Assembly: GCA_964016885.1 (NCBI GenBank)
Contig: OZ024740.1
Coordinates: forward strand, 304,358,001-304,422,000
DNA: 64,000 nt
Direction: 5' to 3'
Origin: Eledone cirrhosa
Lineage: Eukaryota
Under the pieces are notes generated by a model that was given only the letters and a program-made list of their open reading frames with translations, did no database searches and was not told where the DNA came from. The first letter of the stretch is position 1; every line of letters starts with the position of its first letter. The translations under genes and the position numbers were made by a program. Shown piece after piece: positions 10,984 to 23,860 of the stretch.

Positions 10984-11038
10984 ACTGCCTGAAGAGGTCA
11001 CAGCCAATAATGGCTGTCGCCGAAATATATATAGCAGT
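10984..11038 (+). ncRNA. Type I minimal hammerhead ribozyme (second family)
   Basis: Stem I actgc/gcagt; CTGAAGA 10989-10995; stem II gg..acagcca/tggctgt..cc; GAAA 11022-11025; tatata; TA 11032-11033. Confidence 0.88.
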
Positions 11039-11110
11039 AAATTTATAATTTATAATAAACGAAGCCAAATTTTACATATTTGACTTACTTATTTTATTAT
11101 ATATATATAT

Positions 11111-11389
11111 CTAAGGCGGGTAAAATTCCCGAGATCCATGGACGAGTTCTCTCCGGCGGTCTCTGTCCCTCATTATCACTGCCATGTCCTGCGTCTCCAA
11201 CAGACCAGTGTCTGTCCTTAGAGCATCAACATACGTTAACCTTGGTCTTCCTCTTCTAGTGTGTCCATGTAGGGGCTCCCAAAGGATGAAAAACTCAGAG
11301 CTGTATGGGAGCATCCCAAAAGTCAGCTCAAAAGTGACACAGAGGAGACTGAGGTTAGCTGGACATGCTCACCGACATCCAGAGTTGAC
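11111..11389 (-). mobile_element. Short RTE-group LINE 3' fragment with an inverted 5' part
   Basis: Minus 11111-~11290 encodes FILWEPLHGHTRRGRPRLTYVDALRTDTG...MRDRD. Plus ~11292-11389 encodes the preceding segment [32 protein letters not shown]. Confidence 0.7.
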
Positions 11390-11467
<78 letters not shown>

Positions 11468-11468
11468 G

Positions 11469-11541
<73 letters not shown>

Positions 11542-11544
<3 letters not shown>

Positions 11545-12257
11545 GGTAGTGAGACCTGGGCGCTGAAGGTGGAAGACTTACGTAGATTAGAAAGAAACGA
11601 AGCCTGCATGCTCTGATGGATGTGTAATAGTAATATACGCGAACGGCAAACCATAAATGAATTGAGAGAGAGACTGAGTATCAGAGGAATCAAATGCTGT
11701 GTGCAGGAGAGGCGCTTGTGTTGGTATGGACATGTGATGCGTATGAAGGATGACAGCTGCATAAAAAGGTGCAGAGCACTAGAAGTCAATGGAAACCGCA
11801 GAGTGGGGAGACCCAAGAAGACCTGGGATGAGGTGATAAAAGCCGACCTTACCCAATTACATCTCTCAAAGGCGATGACACACGACCGTGACCTCTGGCG
11901 TCACGCAGTAATACAGAGTACCTGACCTCCCATGGGTACAAGCTGAAGCATATAGACAATATGCCCCCACACCCTCCCACTGCAAAGTGGTCGTGGAGGT
12001 GCCACGGCAAAAAAAGCACCCAGCCCACACTGTAAAGTGGACATGTAGGCGCCACGGAAAAAAGCACCCAGCACTCACTGTAAATGAGGTTGGTGTTAGG
12101 AAGGGCATCCAGCTGTAGAAATCAAGCCAAAATCAGTTCCTGTATGAGCAAGGCATGGTCAGCTGACCAGACACTGCCCACAACAGGACAACCCGTCTAA
12201 CCCATGCTAGCATGGAAGAATGGACGTAAAACGGTGATGATGATGATGATGATGATG
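11542..12257 (+). mobile_element. RTE LINE, 5'-truncated
   Basis: HGSETW...[12 protein letters not shown]...[12 protein letters not shown]-terminus; 3' UTR with ccatgctagcatgg hairpin; (GAT)n tail. Confidence 0.9.
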
Positions 12258-12323
12258 ATATATGTATATATATATATATATATGTAATATATATATATGT
12301 GTATATATATATAATATATATAT

Positions 12324-12361
<38 letters not shown>

Positions 12362-12365
<4 letters not shown>

Positions 12366-13658
12366 GGAGGAGTTTAAGACCGGATGCCCATGGGAACTCC
12401 TGTATGCTGATGACCTCGCACTTATAGCTGAATCTATGGTAGAACTAGAGAAGATATTCCAAACTTGGAAGCAGAGACTAGAAAGAAAGGGTCTCAAAGT
12501 CAACATGACAAAGACTAAGGTCCTTGTAAGTAGACGAGAAAACAGAACCCAGATCCCCTCAGGGAAATGGCCTTGCTCAGTATGTAGGAAAGGTGTAGGT
12601 AGGAACTCCATTCTCTGCCCCAAATGCAAACAATGGGTACACAAGAGATGTAGCGGGATCTCAGGAAGCTTAATTAAAAATGTAGGCTTCACATGCAGCA
12701 GCTGTGCTGGGACAGCAAGCAGCAAACAGCCACAGGAAACAAGTACCACCAATCTCTGGGAGGGCTCTGTAGAAACAGTAGACAGCTTCTGCTACCTAGG
12801 TGACCGAATTAGCAGCGGAGGTGGGTGTTCAGAAAGTACAATAACTAGGGTAAGAAAGGGATGGAAGAAGTTTAGGGAACTACTACCACTGCTAGCTGCA
12901 AAAGGCTTCTCCCTCAGAATGAAAGGCAGACTGTATGATGCGTGTATCCGAACAGCGATGTTGCATGGTAGTGAGACCTGGGCGCTGAAGGTGGAAGACT
13001 TACGTAGATTAGAGAGAAACGAAGCCTGCATGCTCCGATGGATGTGTCATAGTAATATACGCGAACGACAAAGCATAAATGAATTGAGAGAGAGACTGAG
13101 CATAAGAGGAATCAAATGCTGTGTGCAGGTGAGACGGTTGCATTGGTATGGACATGTGATGCGTATGAAGGATGACAGCTGCATAAAAAGGTGCAGAGCA
13201 CTAGAAGTCGATGGAAACCGCGCAGTGGGGAGACCCAAGATGACCTGGGATGAGGTGATAAAAGCCGACCTTACCCAATTACACCTCTCAAAGGCGATGA
13301 CACACGACCGTGACCTCTGGCGTCACGCAGTAATACAGAGTACCTGACCTCCCATGGGTACAAGCTGAAGCATATACACAATATGCCCCCACGCCCCCCA
13401 CTGCAAGGTGGTCGTGGAGGTGCCACGGCAAAAAAGCACCCAGCCCACACTGTAAAGTGGACGTGTAGGCGCCACGAAAAAGCACCCAGCACTCACTGTA
13501 AATGAGGTTGGTGTTAGGAAGGGCATCCAGCTGTAGAAATCAAGCCAGATCAGTTCCCGTATGAGCAAGACAAGGTCAGCCGACCGGACACTGCCCACAG
13601 CAGGACTACCGTCTAAACCAGAACAGACGTAAAACGGTGATGATGATGATGATGATGA
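12362..13658 (+). mobile_element. RTE LINE, 5'-truncated; open frame from just before the YADD motif to the stop at 13347
   Basis: ELLYADDL, embedded C4HC3 finger, VDSFCYLG, HGSETW, WYGHVMR, GRPK; (GAT)n tail. Confidence 0.92.
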
Positions 13659-13689
13659 TATATGTGTATACACACACACACATATATAT

Positions 13690-14160
13690 ATACACAGCCC
13701 ACACTGTAAAGTGATCGTGTAGGTGTCACGACAAAAAGCACCCAGCACACACTGTTTATGTGGTTGGCATTAGGAAGGGCATCCGGCCATAGAAAACTAG
13801 CCAGAAACTCTCCTATATGAGCGACCCAACTTGCCTCTAATTGGGACAAACCCATCTAACCCATGCTAGCGTGGAAGATAGACATTAATCAACGATGATG
13901 ATGACACGTGTAGGTGTTGCGACAAAAAGGCCCCAGTCCACACTGTAAAGTGGTTATGTAGGCAACATGACAAAAAGCCCCCAGTACTCACTGTAAATGA
14001 GGTTGGCGTTAGAAAGGGCATCCAGCTGTAGAAACCAAGCCAAAACCAGTTCTGTGTGAGCAAGATATGGTCACCTGACTCAACTTGCCTCAAATTTACA
14101 GTGGTTGGGTGCTTTTTGTCGTGACACCTACATGACCACTTTACAGTGTGGGATGGATGT
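13690..14160 (+). mobile_element. Cluster of RTE-related 3' UTR fragments
   Basis: Repeated aaaagcacccag..cactgtaaagtgg units, gttggcattaggaagggcatcc, ccatgctagc hairpin, gatgat tail. Similar pieces at 17912-18090, 20810-21180, 27225-27440, 33630-33790. Confidence 0.65.
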
Positions 14161-14259
14161 TTTGTGATACCAACATAATTTACAGAGTAAAAGTGTTGTG
14201 GGCAGAGGTGTGGGAGTGTATATTGGATTAAGAGTTGCCTACTGAGTATAAGTTTAAGT

Positions 14260-17200
14260 CCATGCGCAAAGGAAGGCAGGTCTTCTGTATTACTGCATCG
14301 CGCCAAAGATTTCAATCCTGTGTCATTGTCTTAAAGAGGTGCAAGTATGCAAGGTTAGCTTTTATCACCTCACCCCAGGACTTTCTGAGTCTACCTACTT
14401 CGAAGCTTCCATCAATTTTGATCACCGTGCACTTATTTATACAGCTGTTATCCTTCATATGCATCACATGACCATACCGATACAATCTACTCTCTTGTAC
14501 ACTGCATCTGAACCCTCTTGTGTCTAATTTCTCACTTAGTCCATGCTTGGTCATTCACGCACATTGACATTGCACATCCATCAGAGAATTCTTGCTTCAT
14601 TTCTCTCCAGCCTTCGCATATCCTCCGCAGTTGCTGCCCATGTCTCACTACCATGCAGCATTGTTATCAACAGAAGAAGCAGCTCCCTAAACTTCTTCCA
14701 TCCTGTCCTTATTCTAGATACTATGGCCTCGCAGCATCCTACTCCCTTGCTAATCTGATCCCCTAGATATCGGAAGCTATCAACCATCTCTATAGATCCT
14801 ACCTGCATTTGAAAAATGTGCCTATCACTGACACTTCTACTATCAATTTTCCCTGAACATCTACTACATATGAAGTTTTCCCCCTCCTGTTAGTTTGCCT
14901 GCTATCCCACAACACTTCTTGTGTACCCAAGATCTGCATTTTGTACATTCTATAGAGTTTATGCCAACTCCTTTTCTACATATCAAGCATGGCCATTTCC
15001 CTGATGAACTCTTTCCTACTTATCAATACTTTAGTCTTAGCTATGTTCACTCTCAGTCTTCTTGATTCCAACTGCTGTTTCCATAGCCAGAATTTATTCT
15101 CTAGCTCCCCTACTGATTCTGCTATAAGTACCAGATCGTCAGCATAGAGAAGTTCCCATGGACAGCCAGTCTTAAATTCCTCTGTTATGGCTTGGAGAAC
15201 TATAATGAATAAGAGTGGGCTGATGCACTCTTACTCGTATCTGGAATTCCTCACTAAACTCTATTCCTACTCTCACTTTACTGACAGCTCCTCTGTACAT
15301 AGCTTGCACTGTCCTCACAAGCTGATCCTCAACACCTAGTTTCCTTAGGGACCACCAGATGACAGATCGGAGTACTCCCTCAAAGGCCTTCTTTAGATCA
15401 ACAAAATCTAAATATAGTGGCTTATTCTTCTCCAAGAACCTCTTGTAGTTGGCTCACTAAAAAGAGAGCATCTGTTGTACTTTTCCCAGGCACAAAACCA
15501 AACTGCATCTCATCTAATTTGACTCTTTCTCTAATTAATTGCGCTAGCACTCTTTCTGTCACTTTCATAACCTGATCCATCAGTTTTATGCCCCTATAAT
15601 TTCCCCTATTCAGAGCATCCCATTTAATTTGTAGCAATTTTCAAGAATACTGCTGCACCAGTCTTTGGATATGACTCCACCATATATAACTTGATTGACT
15701 ATGTGTGCAACCAGTTTAGTTCCTACTTCTCCTGATGCCTTTAGCATCTCTGCAACTATCCCTGATGGGCCAGTGGCCTTACCACTTTTCATTTCCTTAA
15801 TTGCTTCTTTGACCCTATAGTCGTCAACCTCAATAGCTGATCCTCTCATTGCAGAACATTGGCAAACCTCCTACTCTCAGCTTCCCTGCGTGCTAAGTAT
15901 ACCTGGCGTCTAGCCTCTCTTTTAGCAGCCGAGTATTGGGTCTCTACTCCCCCCATTTTTCCAATCCTCCAATGCTTGTCTTTTGTCTTAAATGACTCTA
16001 TCTACCATGCTGTTCCCCCACCATGTGCCTCTCTATCTGGTCGGAGCCCTGCTCCAGCTACAAGTCTCTTAAGTTGCGTGCAATAGGTTGTCGTGTAAGA
16101 ACTCTCAGTTATCTTCTATATCATACAATTCTAATTCGTCTGCTTTCTCATTATACACATCTTGAAGGGCTTTCCTAAATTTATATTTAAGTGAAAGGTC
16201 CTTTAGCTTCCAGACCTTCTTTTCCATAACTTCCTGTGTCTTATTCTGTCTCTTGCTTATTGAGATGTCACTAACGACTAACCCATGTTGTGGGGTATAT
16301 TCTTCCCCAGGGTATGCCTTATTATTCGAAACTATCTGTCTGTCTTGTTGCCAAACTAGCAAGAAGTTAATATGGCTTATGTGCTCACCTGATTGGTAGG
16401 TGATTAGGTGATTGGCAGGTTTCCTGAAGTTAGTGTTGCAAATGGTTAGTTTCTTGAACCATAACCATAACCACCATGTACCCCAGTGTATCCATCCTGG
16501 AGCTGTCCAACATGACCATTGAAGTCACCTGCTAGTATAACTAGGTCTCTGTCCTCTGTCACTATGGTTGTCTCTAGAAATTGCTCATAAAGGCAGTCCC
16601 TCTTCATTACCTAGGCCCACTTGGGGAGCATAGGCAGAGATAATTGTCAGCAGTCTATTGCATACAACTTATCTAATCTCAATGATTCTATTACTTACTC
16701 TAACTACCTCTATTGTCTTGTTAATCCACTTCTCGGCCAGTAAAATGCCTACCCCACCATCGTTTCCTACCCAGAAAAGCTTATAGCTAAGCTGTTTGCC
16801 TGCGATTAGTCTTGCTGAGGCACCTCTCTATCTCACATCTTGCACGCAACACACATCCACATGTCTCCTCTCTAGCATCTCCACTATCTCACCAGATATA
16901 CCTCTCAGAGTGCCAACATTAAGTGTGGAAACCCTGAGATGTGTCATCTTTTGTTAATTTTTCCTTTTTCTCTGTAATGAAAAATATTTAAAATCATTAT
17001 CATCATAATTATTGTTGTTGTTGTTGTTGTTGTGTACGGTCAGGGGGGTTTTCACACATGGCCGCACTAGCCACCCCACTACTGTGTGCAGCCCTAACAT
17101 GGTTAGTGTTATTACTGTTTACACAGTTATTGCTATATTTGTATGTTGTGCTCATAATTTTTGGCATTAATATACTGGGATGCCCTTCCTATCACCAGCA

Positions 17201-17740
17201 CCACTTTACAGCATAGAGTAGGTGCTTTTATTCATATCACCAGCACTAGAGAGGTTGTCTTACTGGACTCAGGGGCCCTCTCCGCCCTCTCCACCCCATA
17301 CTTTGGCATGGTTTTTAATGGCTTAATGCCACTTCCATTTCCTCCATTTTACAGCATGGACCGGGTGCTTTTATTCGTGCCACCAGCACTAGGGAAGTCG
17401 TCTTACTGGACTTAGGAGGCTTCTCCACCCCACACCAATTTATTCTGAGTGGTAGCTCTCCTAGACGGGTTTCCTACACTACGGCTTATGGAGCCTCCAT
17501 CCGCCTCGTGACTGCTTTGAGCGGTCCTAGGCCACTATTCAACTATAAGATACTCTTAGTAAGTCTAAATTTATCATATGGAGGGAGTGGGTAGCTGGGG
17601 AGTAGAAAAGGATGAAGAGGTTTTGGGTGAGTGGGTTTAAAGTGCTATATGCATGAGGAAGTGGCTAGCATATAGCGTCAGGCATGCATACCAGAAGTTG
17701 GTGGGGGAGGGGTGTGATGGGAAATGGTGACTATATATGA
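14260..17740 (-). mobile_element. Near-full-length degenerate RTE LINE (AP endonuclease + RT, many frameshifts)
   Basis: Minus strand MTHLRVSTLNVGTLRG (APE start ~16946), GKATGPSGIVAEMLK, NYRGIKL, QFGFVPGK, FVDLKKAF, WELLYADDL, RLYRYGHV. The 5' boundary is approximate. Confidence 0.8.
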
Positions 17741-17741
17741 T

Positions 17742-17885
17742 GGAGGCACATGGCTTAGTCGTTAGAGCATTGGCCTTGCAATCGAAAGGTTGTGAGTTCA
17801 ATTCTCAGACCGGGAGATGTGTTGTTTCTTTGAGCAAGACACTTTATTTCACATTGCTCCAGTTTACTCAGCTGTAGAAATGAGA
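17742..17885 (+). mobile_element. tRNA-derived SINE
   Basis: A box TGGCTTAGTCG, B box GAGTTCAATTC, then a conserved-looking ttgagcaagacacttt body. Confidence 0.7.
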
Positions 17886-18126
17886 TGATAGGGACTGGGG
17901 TCCCTATCATTCCACTGCAAAGTGGTCGTGGAGGTGCCACGGCAAAAAAGCACCCAGCACTCACTGTAAATGAGGTTGGTGTTAGGAAGGGCATCCAGCT
18001 GTAGAAATCAAGCCAAAATCAATTCCCGTCCCACCCTTGCAAGCAGGGAAAAGGGGACGTAAAATGAAATGATGATGATGATGAATGATGATACCTCTAC
18101 AAACATTTATATGCAATTATATATTA

Positions 18127-20080
18127 TCATCATCATCATCATCATCATCACCGTTTTACGTCCGTTCTTCCACGCTAGCATGGGTTAGACGGGTTGTCCT
18201 GTTGTGGGCAGTGTCTGGTCGGCTGACCATGCCTTGCTCATACAGGAACTGATCTGGCTTGGTTTCTACAGCTGGATGCCCTTCCTAACACCAACCTCAT
18301 TTACAGTGAGTGCTGGGTGTTTTTTCATGGCGCCTACACGTCCACTTTACAGTGTGGGCTGGGTGCTTTTTTGCCGTGGCACCTCCACGACCACCTTGCG
18401 GTGGGGGGAGTGGGGGCATATTGTTTATATGCTTCAGCATGTACCCATGGGAGGTCGGGTACCCTGTATTACTGCGTGACGCCAGAAGTCACGGTCGTGT
18501 GTCATTGACTTTGAGAGGTGTAGTTGGGTAAGGTCGGCTTTTATCACCTCATCCCAGGTCATCTTGGGTCTCCCCACTCCGCGGTTTCCATCAACTTCTA
18601 GTGCTCTGCACCTTTTTATGCAGCTGTCATCCTTCATACGCATCACATGTCCATACCAGCGTAACCGCCTCTCCTGCACGCAGCATTTGATTCCTCTTAT
18701 GCTCAGTCTCTCTCTCAATTCCTTTATGCTTTGTCGTTCACGTATATTACTGTTACACATCCATCGGAGCATGGAGGCTTCGTTTCTCTCTAATCTACGT
18801 AAGTCTTCCACCTTCAGCGCCCAGGTCTCACTACCATGCAACATCGCTGTTCGGATACACGCATCATACAGTCTGCCTTTCATTCTGAGGGAGAAGCCTT
18901 TTGCAGCTAGCAGTGGTAGTAGTTCCCTAAACTTCTTCCATCCCGTTCTTACCCTAGTTATTGTACTTTCTGAGCACCCACCTCCGTTGCTAATTCGGTC
19001 ACCTAGGTAGCAGAAGCTGTCTACTGTTTCTACAGGGCCCTCCCAGAGATTGGTGGTACTTGTTTCCTGTGGCTGTTTGCTTGCTGTTTCAGCACAGCTG
19101 CTGCATGTGAATCCTACATTCTTAATTAAGCTTCCTGAGATCCCGCTACATCTCTTGTGTACCCATTGTTTGCATTTGGGGCAGAGAATGGAGTTCCTAC
19201 CTACACCTTTCCTACATACTGAGCAAGGCCATTTCCCTGAGGGGATCTGGGTTCTGTTTTCTCGTCTACTTATAAGGACCTTAGTCTTTGTCATGTTGAC
19301 TTTGAGACCCTTTCTCTCTAGTCCCTGCTTCCAGGTTTGGAATTTATTCTCTAGTTCTACCATAGATTCAGCTATGAGTGTGAGGTCATCAGCATACAGG
19401 AGTTCCCATGGGCATCCGGTCTTAAACTCCTCCGTTATTGCCTGCAGGACTATGATGAACAGGAGAGGGCTAAGAACAGAGCCCTGGTGGACCCAACCTG
19501 TACGCTAAATTCCTCGCTATACTCATTGCTAATCCTAACTTTGCTGACTGCTCCCCTATACATGGCTTGTACCGCTTTCACAAGCCATTCATCTACTCCT
19601 AGTTTTCTAAGAGCCCACCAGATTACTGCACGTGGAACTCTGTCAAAGGCTTTCTCAAGGTCGACAAATGCCAAGTAGAGTGGCTTACTTTTAGCTAGGT
19701 ACTTTTCCTGTAATTGCCTCACAAGGAAGAGGGCATCAGTGGTGCCTTTCCCTGGTACAAACCCAAATTGCATCTCGTCTATATTCACCCGGTCCCTAAT
19801 CAGCTGTGCTATAACTCTTTCTGTTACTTTCATGACCTGGTCCATCAACTTTATACCTCTATAGTTTCCTCTATCTAGTGCATCGCCTTTACCTTTGTAG
19901 CAGTTGACAATGATGCTACTGCACCAATCTTTTGGTATGGCCCCCTCTAGTATTACCTGGTTAACGATACGTGTGGTTATAGTGTGACCTACAGACCCAG
20001 ATGCCTTCAGCATCTCGGCAGCTATACCCGATGGACCGGTTGCCTTCCCTATCTTCATATCTCTGATTGCCTTACTTACT
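18127..20080 (-). mobile_element. RTE LINE, 5'-truncated; RT with one frameshift near 19495
   Basis: ORFs 19450-20058 (NYRGIKL, FVDLEKAFDRV) and 18434-19363; near-identical to the 12362 copy; (CAT)n on the + strand at 18127. Confidence 0.92.
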
Positions 20081-21224
20081 ACGATAATTTTATATATATC
20101 TACCTATACACATATCTACATATGTGTGTGTGTGTGTGTACATATATATCGACATATGTATATATAAAAACTATGTGTATTTTGAACAATGAAAATGAAA
20201 CAAAGTCAGATGTAGGGAAGGCTGGATTTGGATCTTGGGGGACCTGGGGCACTTCAGGTTTGGGGAGGCCCACTCTTACACAAAAAATTTGAATATATAG
20301 CAAACTCCCAATTTTACATATCAATGTCAGCTGGCACAAGTAACTAGAATTGAAAAGTCATACATATTGGTGCTGAATTAAAAAAAATCTAACCATCCTC
20401 ATTTTGTGTCCACTTTCCACAATAGCATGTATTGGACAGATTTTTGTAGACCAGACATATCGGGGCAACTCCAGCTTGTTCATCATGCATTACATGTTTC
20501 ACCTGGTTTCTGTGGTTGGATGTCCTTCCTAACAGAACCACTTTAAAGCATTTACTGAGTGCATTGTTTTTACAATACTAGCACAACCACTTTACACAGT
20601 GACATCAAATACTTTTTATTAGAATATTGTTCTAACAACCTGATGTCTCTAAAGTTAAAAACATTTTATGAATTTTGCCACAGTAAGGATATTAAATAAT
20701 TTTTCTTTTAAATATAGTTCTCGTTGTCAAAGGAAAAACACAAGATAATGCCTACTTCACACATGAAACTAAACTCAATGGGTATATTGTTATATAACTA
20801 CTATATATCATCATCATAATTGTCTAACATCCATTTTCCATGCTAGCATGGGTAGAGTGTGCTGTCCTGTTGTGAGACATCCAGGTCAGAGGACAGCGTT
20901 TTGCTCACACAGCTGATTTTGGCTTGGTTATGACGGCTGGAAGCCCTTCCTAATGCCAACTACATTTACAGTGTGTACTGGGTGCTTGTTGTAATACCTA
21001 CACGACCACTTTACAGTGTAGGCTGGGTGCTTTTTGTTGTGACATCTCCACGACCAAATTTATAGTGTGTACTGGGTGATTTTCGTTGTGACACCTACAC
21101 GACCACTTTAATGTGTGGACTGGTCACTTTTTGTCATGTCACCAACACGACCACTTTACAGTGTGGACTGGGTGCTTATGGTTGTGTCTCCAGGATAACT
21201 AACAAGATTAGTTTTTAGTGAAAG

Positions 21225-21390
21225 TGTTTCTCTCCAGTGTGTGTTGCTCATGTCTATTTAAAACACTGCTACTGACAAAAGATTTCCCACATATTTCGCA
21301 CTAGAAGGGTTTTTCTCCAGTGTGTTCGTTTGTGAATAAGAAGACTAAAATTTTCAGTAAATGATTTTCCACGCATTTCAGTGACACTGC
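21225..21390 (-). pseudogene. Degenerate C2H2 zinc-finger array fragment
   Basis: Minus-strand remnants GKSFTENFSLLIHKRTH / HTGEKPF*CEICGKSFVSSSVLNRH with a frameshift and a stop. Confidence 0.65.
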
Positions 21391-21795
21391 CCTCCTTGTA
21401 GGGCTGACATGTCCATGGGTTGCAAATCTTATGTCTATACCATGCGATCTTACTTGAATGTCCCCAAAGTGGCATATAAAATTTGCAACCATCTCAAAGA
21501 TCACACAAAATTGCACATATATATATATATTGTTATAATTGGGGAAGCTTATATTGTTATAATATTGCCAGAAATATATAATAAAACACATTCTCTGTTT
21601 GGTTCGGGTTGGTTTTCGCTTCTGTATGTTATATTCCTATAGTTAATTTAGCTGGTAATCAATGTTTATCATATAACACATTTCTTATTAGTACAGTGGG
21701 CTTTCTTAAAGAGGTAAGTTTTGCTGATCAGGGATTTTATAGTTATTCCTGACTTTCCTACCACTTTAATCTGTAAATGGGTCTGTAATCTGTAA

Positions 21796-22556
21796 ATGGG
21801 AGGGTGTGGGGGCATACTGTCTATATGCTTCATCTTTGGCTTGTTCCCGTGGGAAGTCGGGTCTCCTGTATTACTGCGTGACGCCAGAAGTCACGGTGGT
21901 CTATCATCGCCCTTGAGAGGTGCAATTGGGTACGGTCGGCCTTTATCACCTCTTCCCAGATCTTCTTGGGTCTCCCCACTCCGCAGTTTCCATTGACTTC
22001 TACTGCTCTGCACCTTTTTATGCAGGTGTCATCCTTCATACGCATCACATGTCCATACCAATGCAACCTCCTCTCCTGCACACAGCATTTGCTTCCTCTT
22101 ATGCTCAGTCTCTCTCTCAGTTTGTTTATGCTTTGCCGTTCACGTATATTACTATTACACATCCATCAGAGCATGCAAGCTTCGTTTCTTTCTAATCTGC
22201 GCAAGTCTTCCACACACAATGCCCAGGTTTCACTTCCATGTAACATTGGTGTTCGTATACACGCATCATACAGTCTGCCTTTCATTTTGAGGGAAAAGCC
22301 TTTTGCAGCTAGCAGTGGCAGTAGCTCCCTGAACTTCTTCCAGCCGGTTTTTACCCTAGTTATTGTACTTTCCGAACACCCACCTCTGCTGCTAATTCAG
22401 TCACCTAGGTAGCAGAAGCTGTCTACTGTTTCTACAGAGCCCTCCCAGTTCTCTAGTTCCACCATAGATTCAGCTATAAGGGCAAGATCATCCGTATATA
22501 GGAGTTCCCATGGGCATCCGGTCTTAAACTCCTCCGTTATTGCCTGAAGAACAATG
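21796..22556 (-). mobile_element. RTE LINE fragment with internal deletion
   Basis: Same family as 18127-20080; the junction near 22449 joins the ELE codons directly to WEGSVETV. Confidence 0.85.
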
Positions 22557-22746
22557 ACCTAGACATAATTTATATATTTTTTGTGGAATAGTAGGATACC
22601 TTTTATTGGTGCTAATTGTAATCAATGCTTAAAATGCTTAATTATTCATTCATATATAAATATTTCAATAAAACCTATGAAATATTCACAATGTAAAAAG
22701 TAATTTAGTTTTCTTACAAATTCAATATCCCATTAGTCACTAACTT

Positions 22747-22823
22747 TGAATATATTTATTGTTTATAAAGCATGAATATATTTATTGTTTATAAAGCATG
22801 AATATATTTATTGTTTATAAAGC
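22747..22823. repeat. 3 x 26-bp tandem repeat just upstream of the MFS gene start
   Basis: tgaatatatttattgtttataaagca x3. Confidence 0.85.
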
Positions 22824-22872
22824 AAACAGCTGCTTCTGTTACCTGTGTACTGTGTACTTCAAATTTACTAAA

Positions 22873-22938
22873 ATGAGATCAACTGACAGCACGAAATTCT
22901 TTCAGCTTGCATGGCTGATTTGGGCTTTCTCTTTGAAT
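22873..22938 (+). CDS. MFSD4/NaGLT1-like MFS transporter, coding exon 1
   Basis: ATG...MRSTDSTKFFQLAWLIWAFSLN followed by a GTAAGT donor. Phase 0 matches exon 2 and supplies the start of TM1. Confidence 0.75.
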
Positions 22939-23544
22939 GTAAGTTTTTCTTGTTTATACTGATTTCAGAGTATCTAATTTCAAAATTATGTATTTCAACT
23001 ACTAAGATTTATTGTTGTTGTTCTTCTTATTTGAGCTCTGTACTATTGTTGCCATGTAAGTTCTGTTGTTAGTGTTGTTTAGTAAGTTCTAGGTCGTCAC
23101 TCTGTTATCATAATCACCATCAGCATGATTAGAATTTATTTTTCCTTACTAACTTACTTTCAGGTCTCAAATAATCGCTTCATCCTGCACATTAATTTTT
23201 CAGATTTTTCCAACTCCTACCCACCTATTAAATTTTGCTAATCCATCTCCGGCAAAATTTTATTTTAAGTGGTAGTATTCCTGCGACAATTAATTTTCTT
23301 TTAACATTAAAAAACATTACAAGAAATCTCATACTCTATAAAATAAATAGGATGGGTTCAGGTCTCAAAATGTAAACTAAACGACTAATTCTGGTTCTTT
23401 AAAAAAATCAGTGGAGACAACCTAGAAAAATTACTGATTTTCCAACCCCTCTTCTTATTCTAAACCCCACCCCATTTATTCCAACTCCACCGTTTATTCC
23501 AACCTCCCCGTTTATTCCACTGCCCCCTATTATTTGGGACCCGA

Positions 23545-23860
23545 GAGCAGTTTAGCTGGGTCTGTTCCTGCACAGTGTATTGCCACTTGACATAGTCCTT
23601 TGTCACCTTCTTTGTGAACCATTTCTTCATCTTTGATTTTCTCTTTCTACAATCTTCTTCTACTGATGTCCTTTGGCATGCTTTCACACAACTGCCACCC
23701 TTTATATGCATCACATGTCCATATCTGTGCAGCGTTATTTCATGCCCACAATCGATAATTCTTTTGAGGCCTGGATTATCATTCAGTACATTTATCTCTT
23801 ATCATTCATATATGCTAATATTATACATCCAGTGGAGAATAATCACTCAATTTCTCTCCA
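23545..23860 (-). mobile_element. Highly degenerate RTE C-terminal fragment
   Basis: Minus-strand remnants resembling LER...WM and GHVMH segments of the RTE ORF. Confidence 0.45.

Noticed and set aside
11184-11816. YIYIYI-rich ORFs (also 1148-1423, 12133-12360, 32324-32815)
   Set aside because: Translations of (TA)n microsatellites or antisense frames of LINEs.
17742-17815. Functional tRNA gene
   Set aside because: A/B boxes are present but the cloverleaf pairs poorly and runs into a SINE body.
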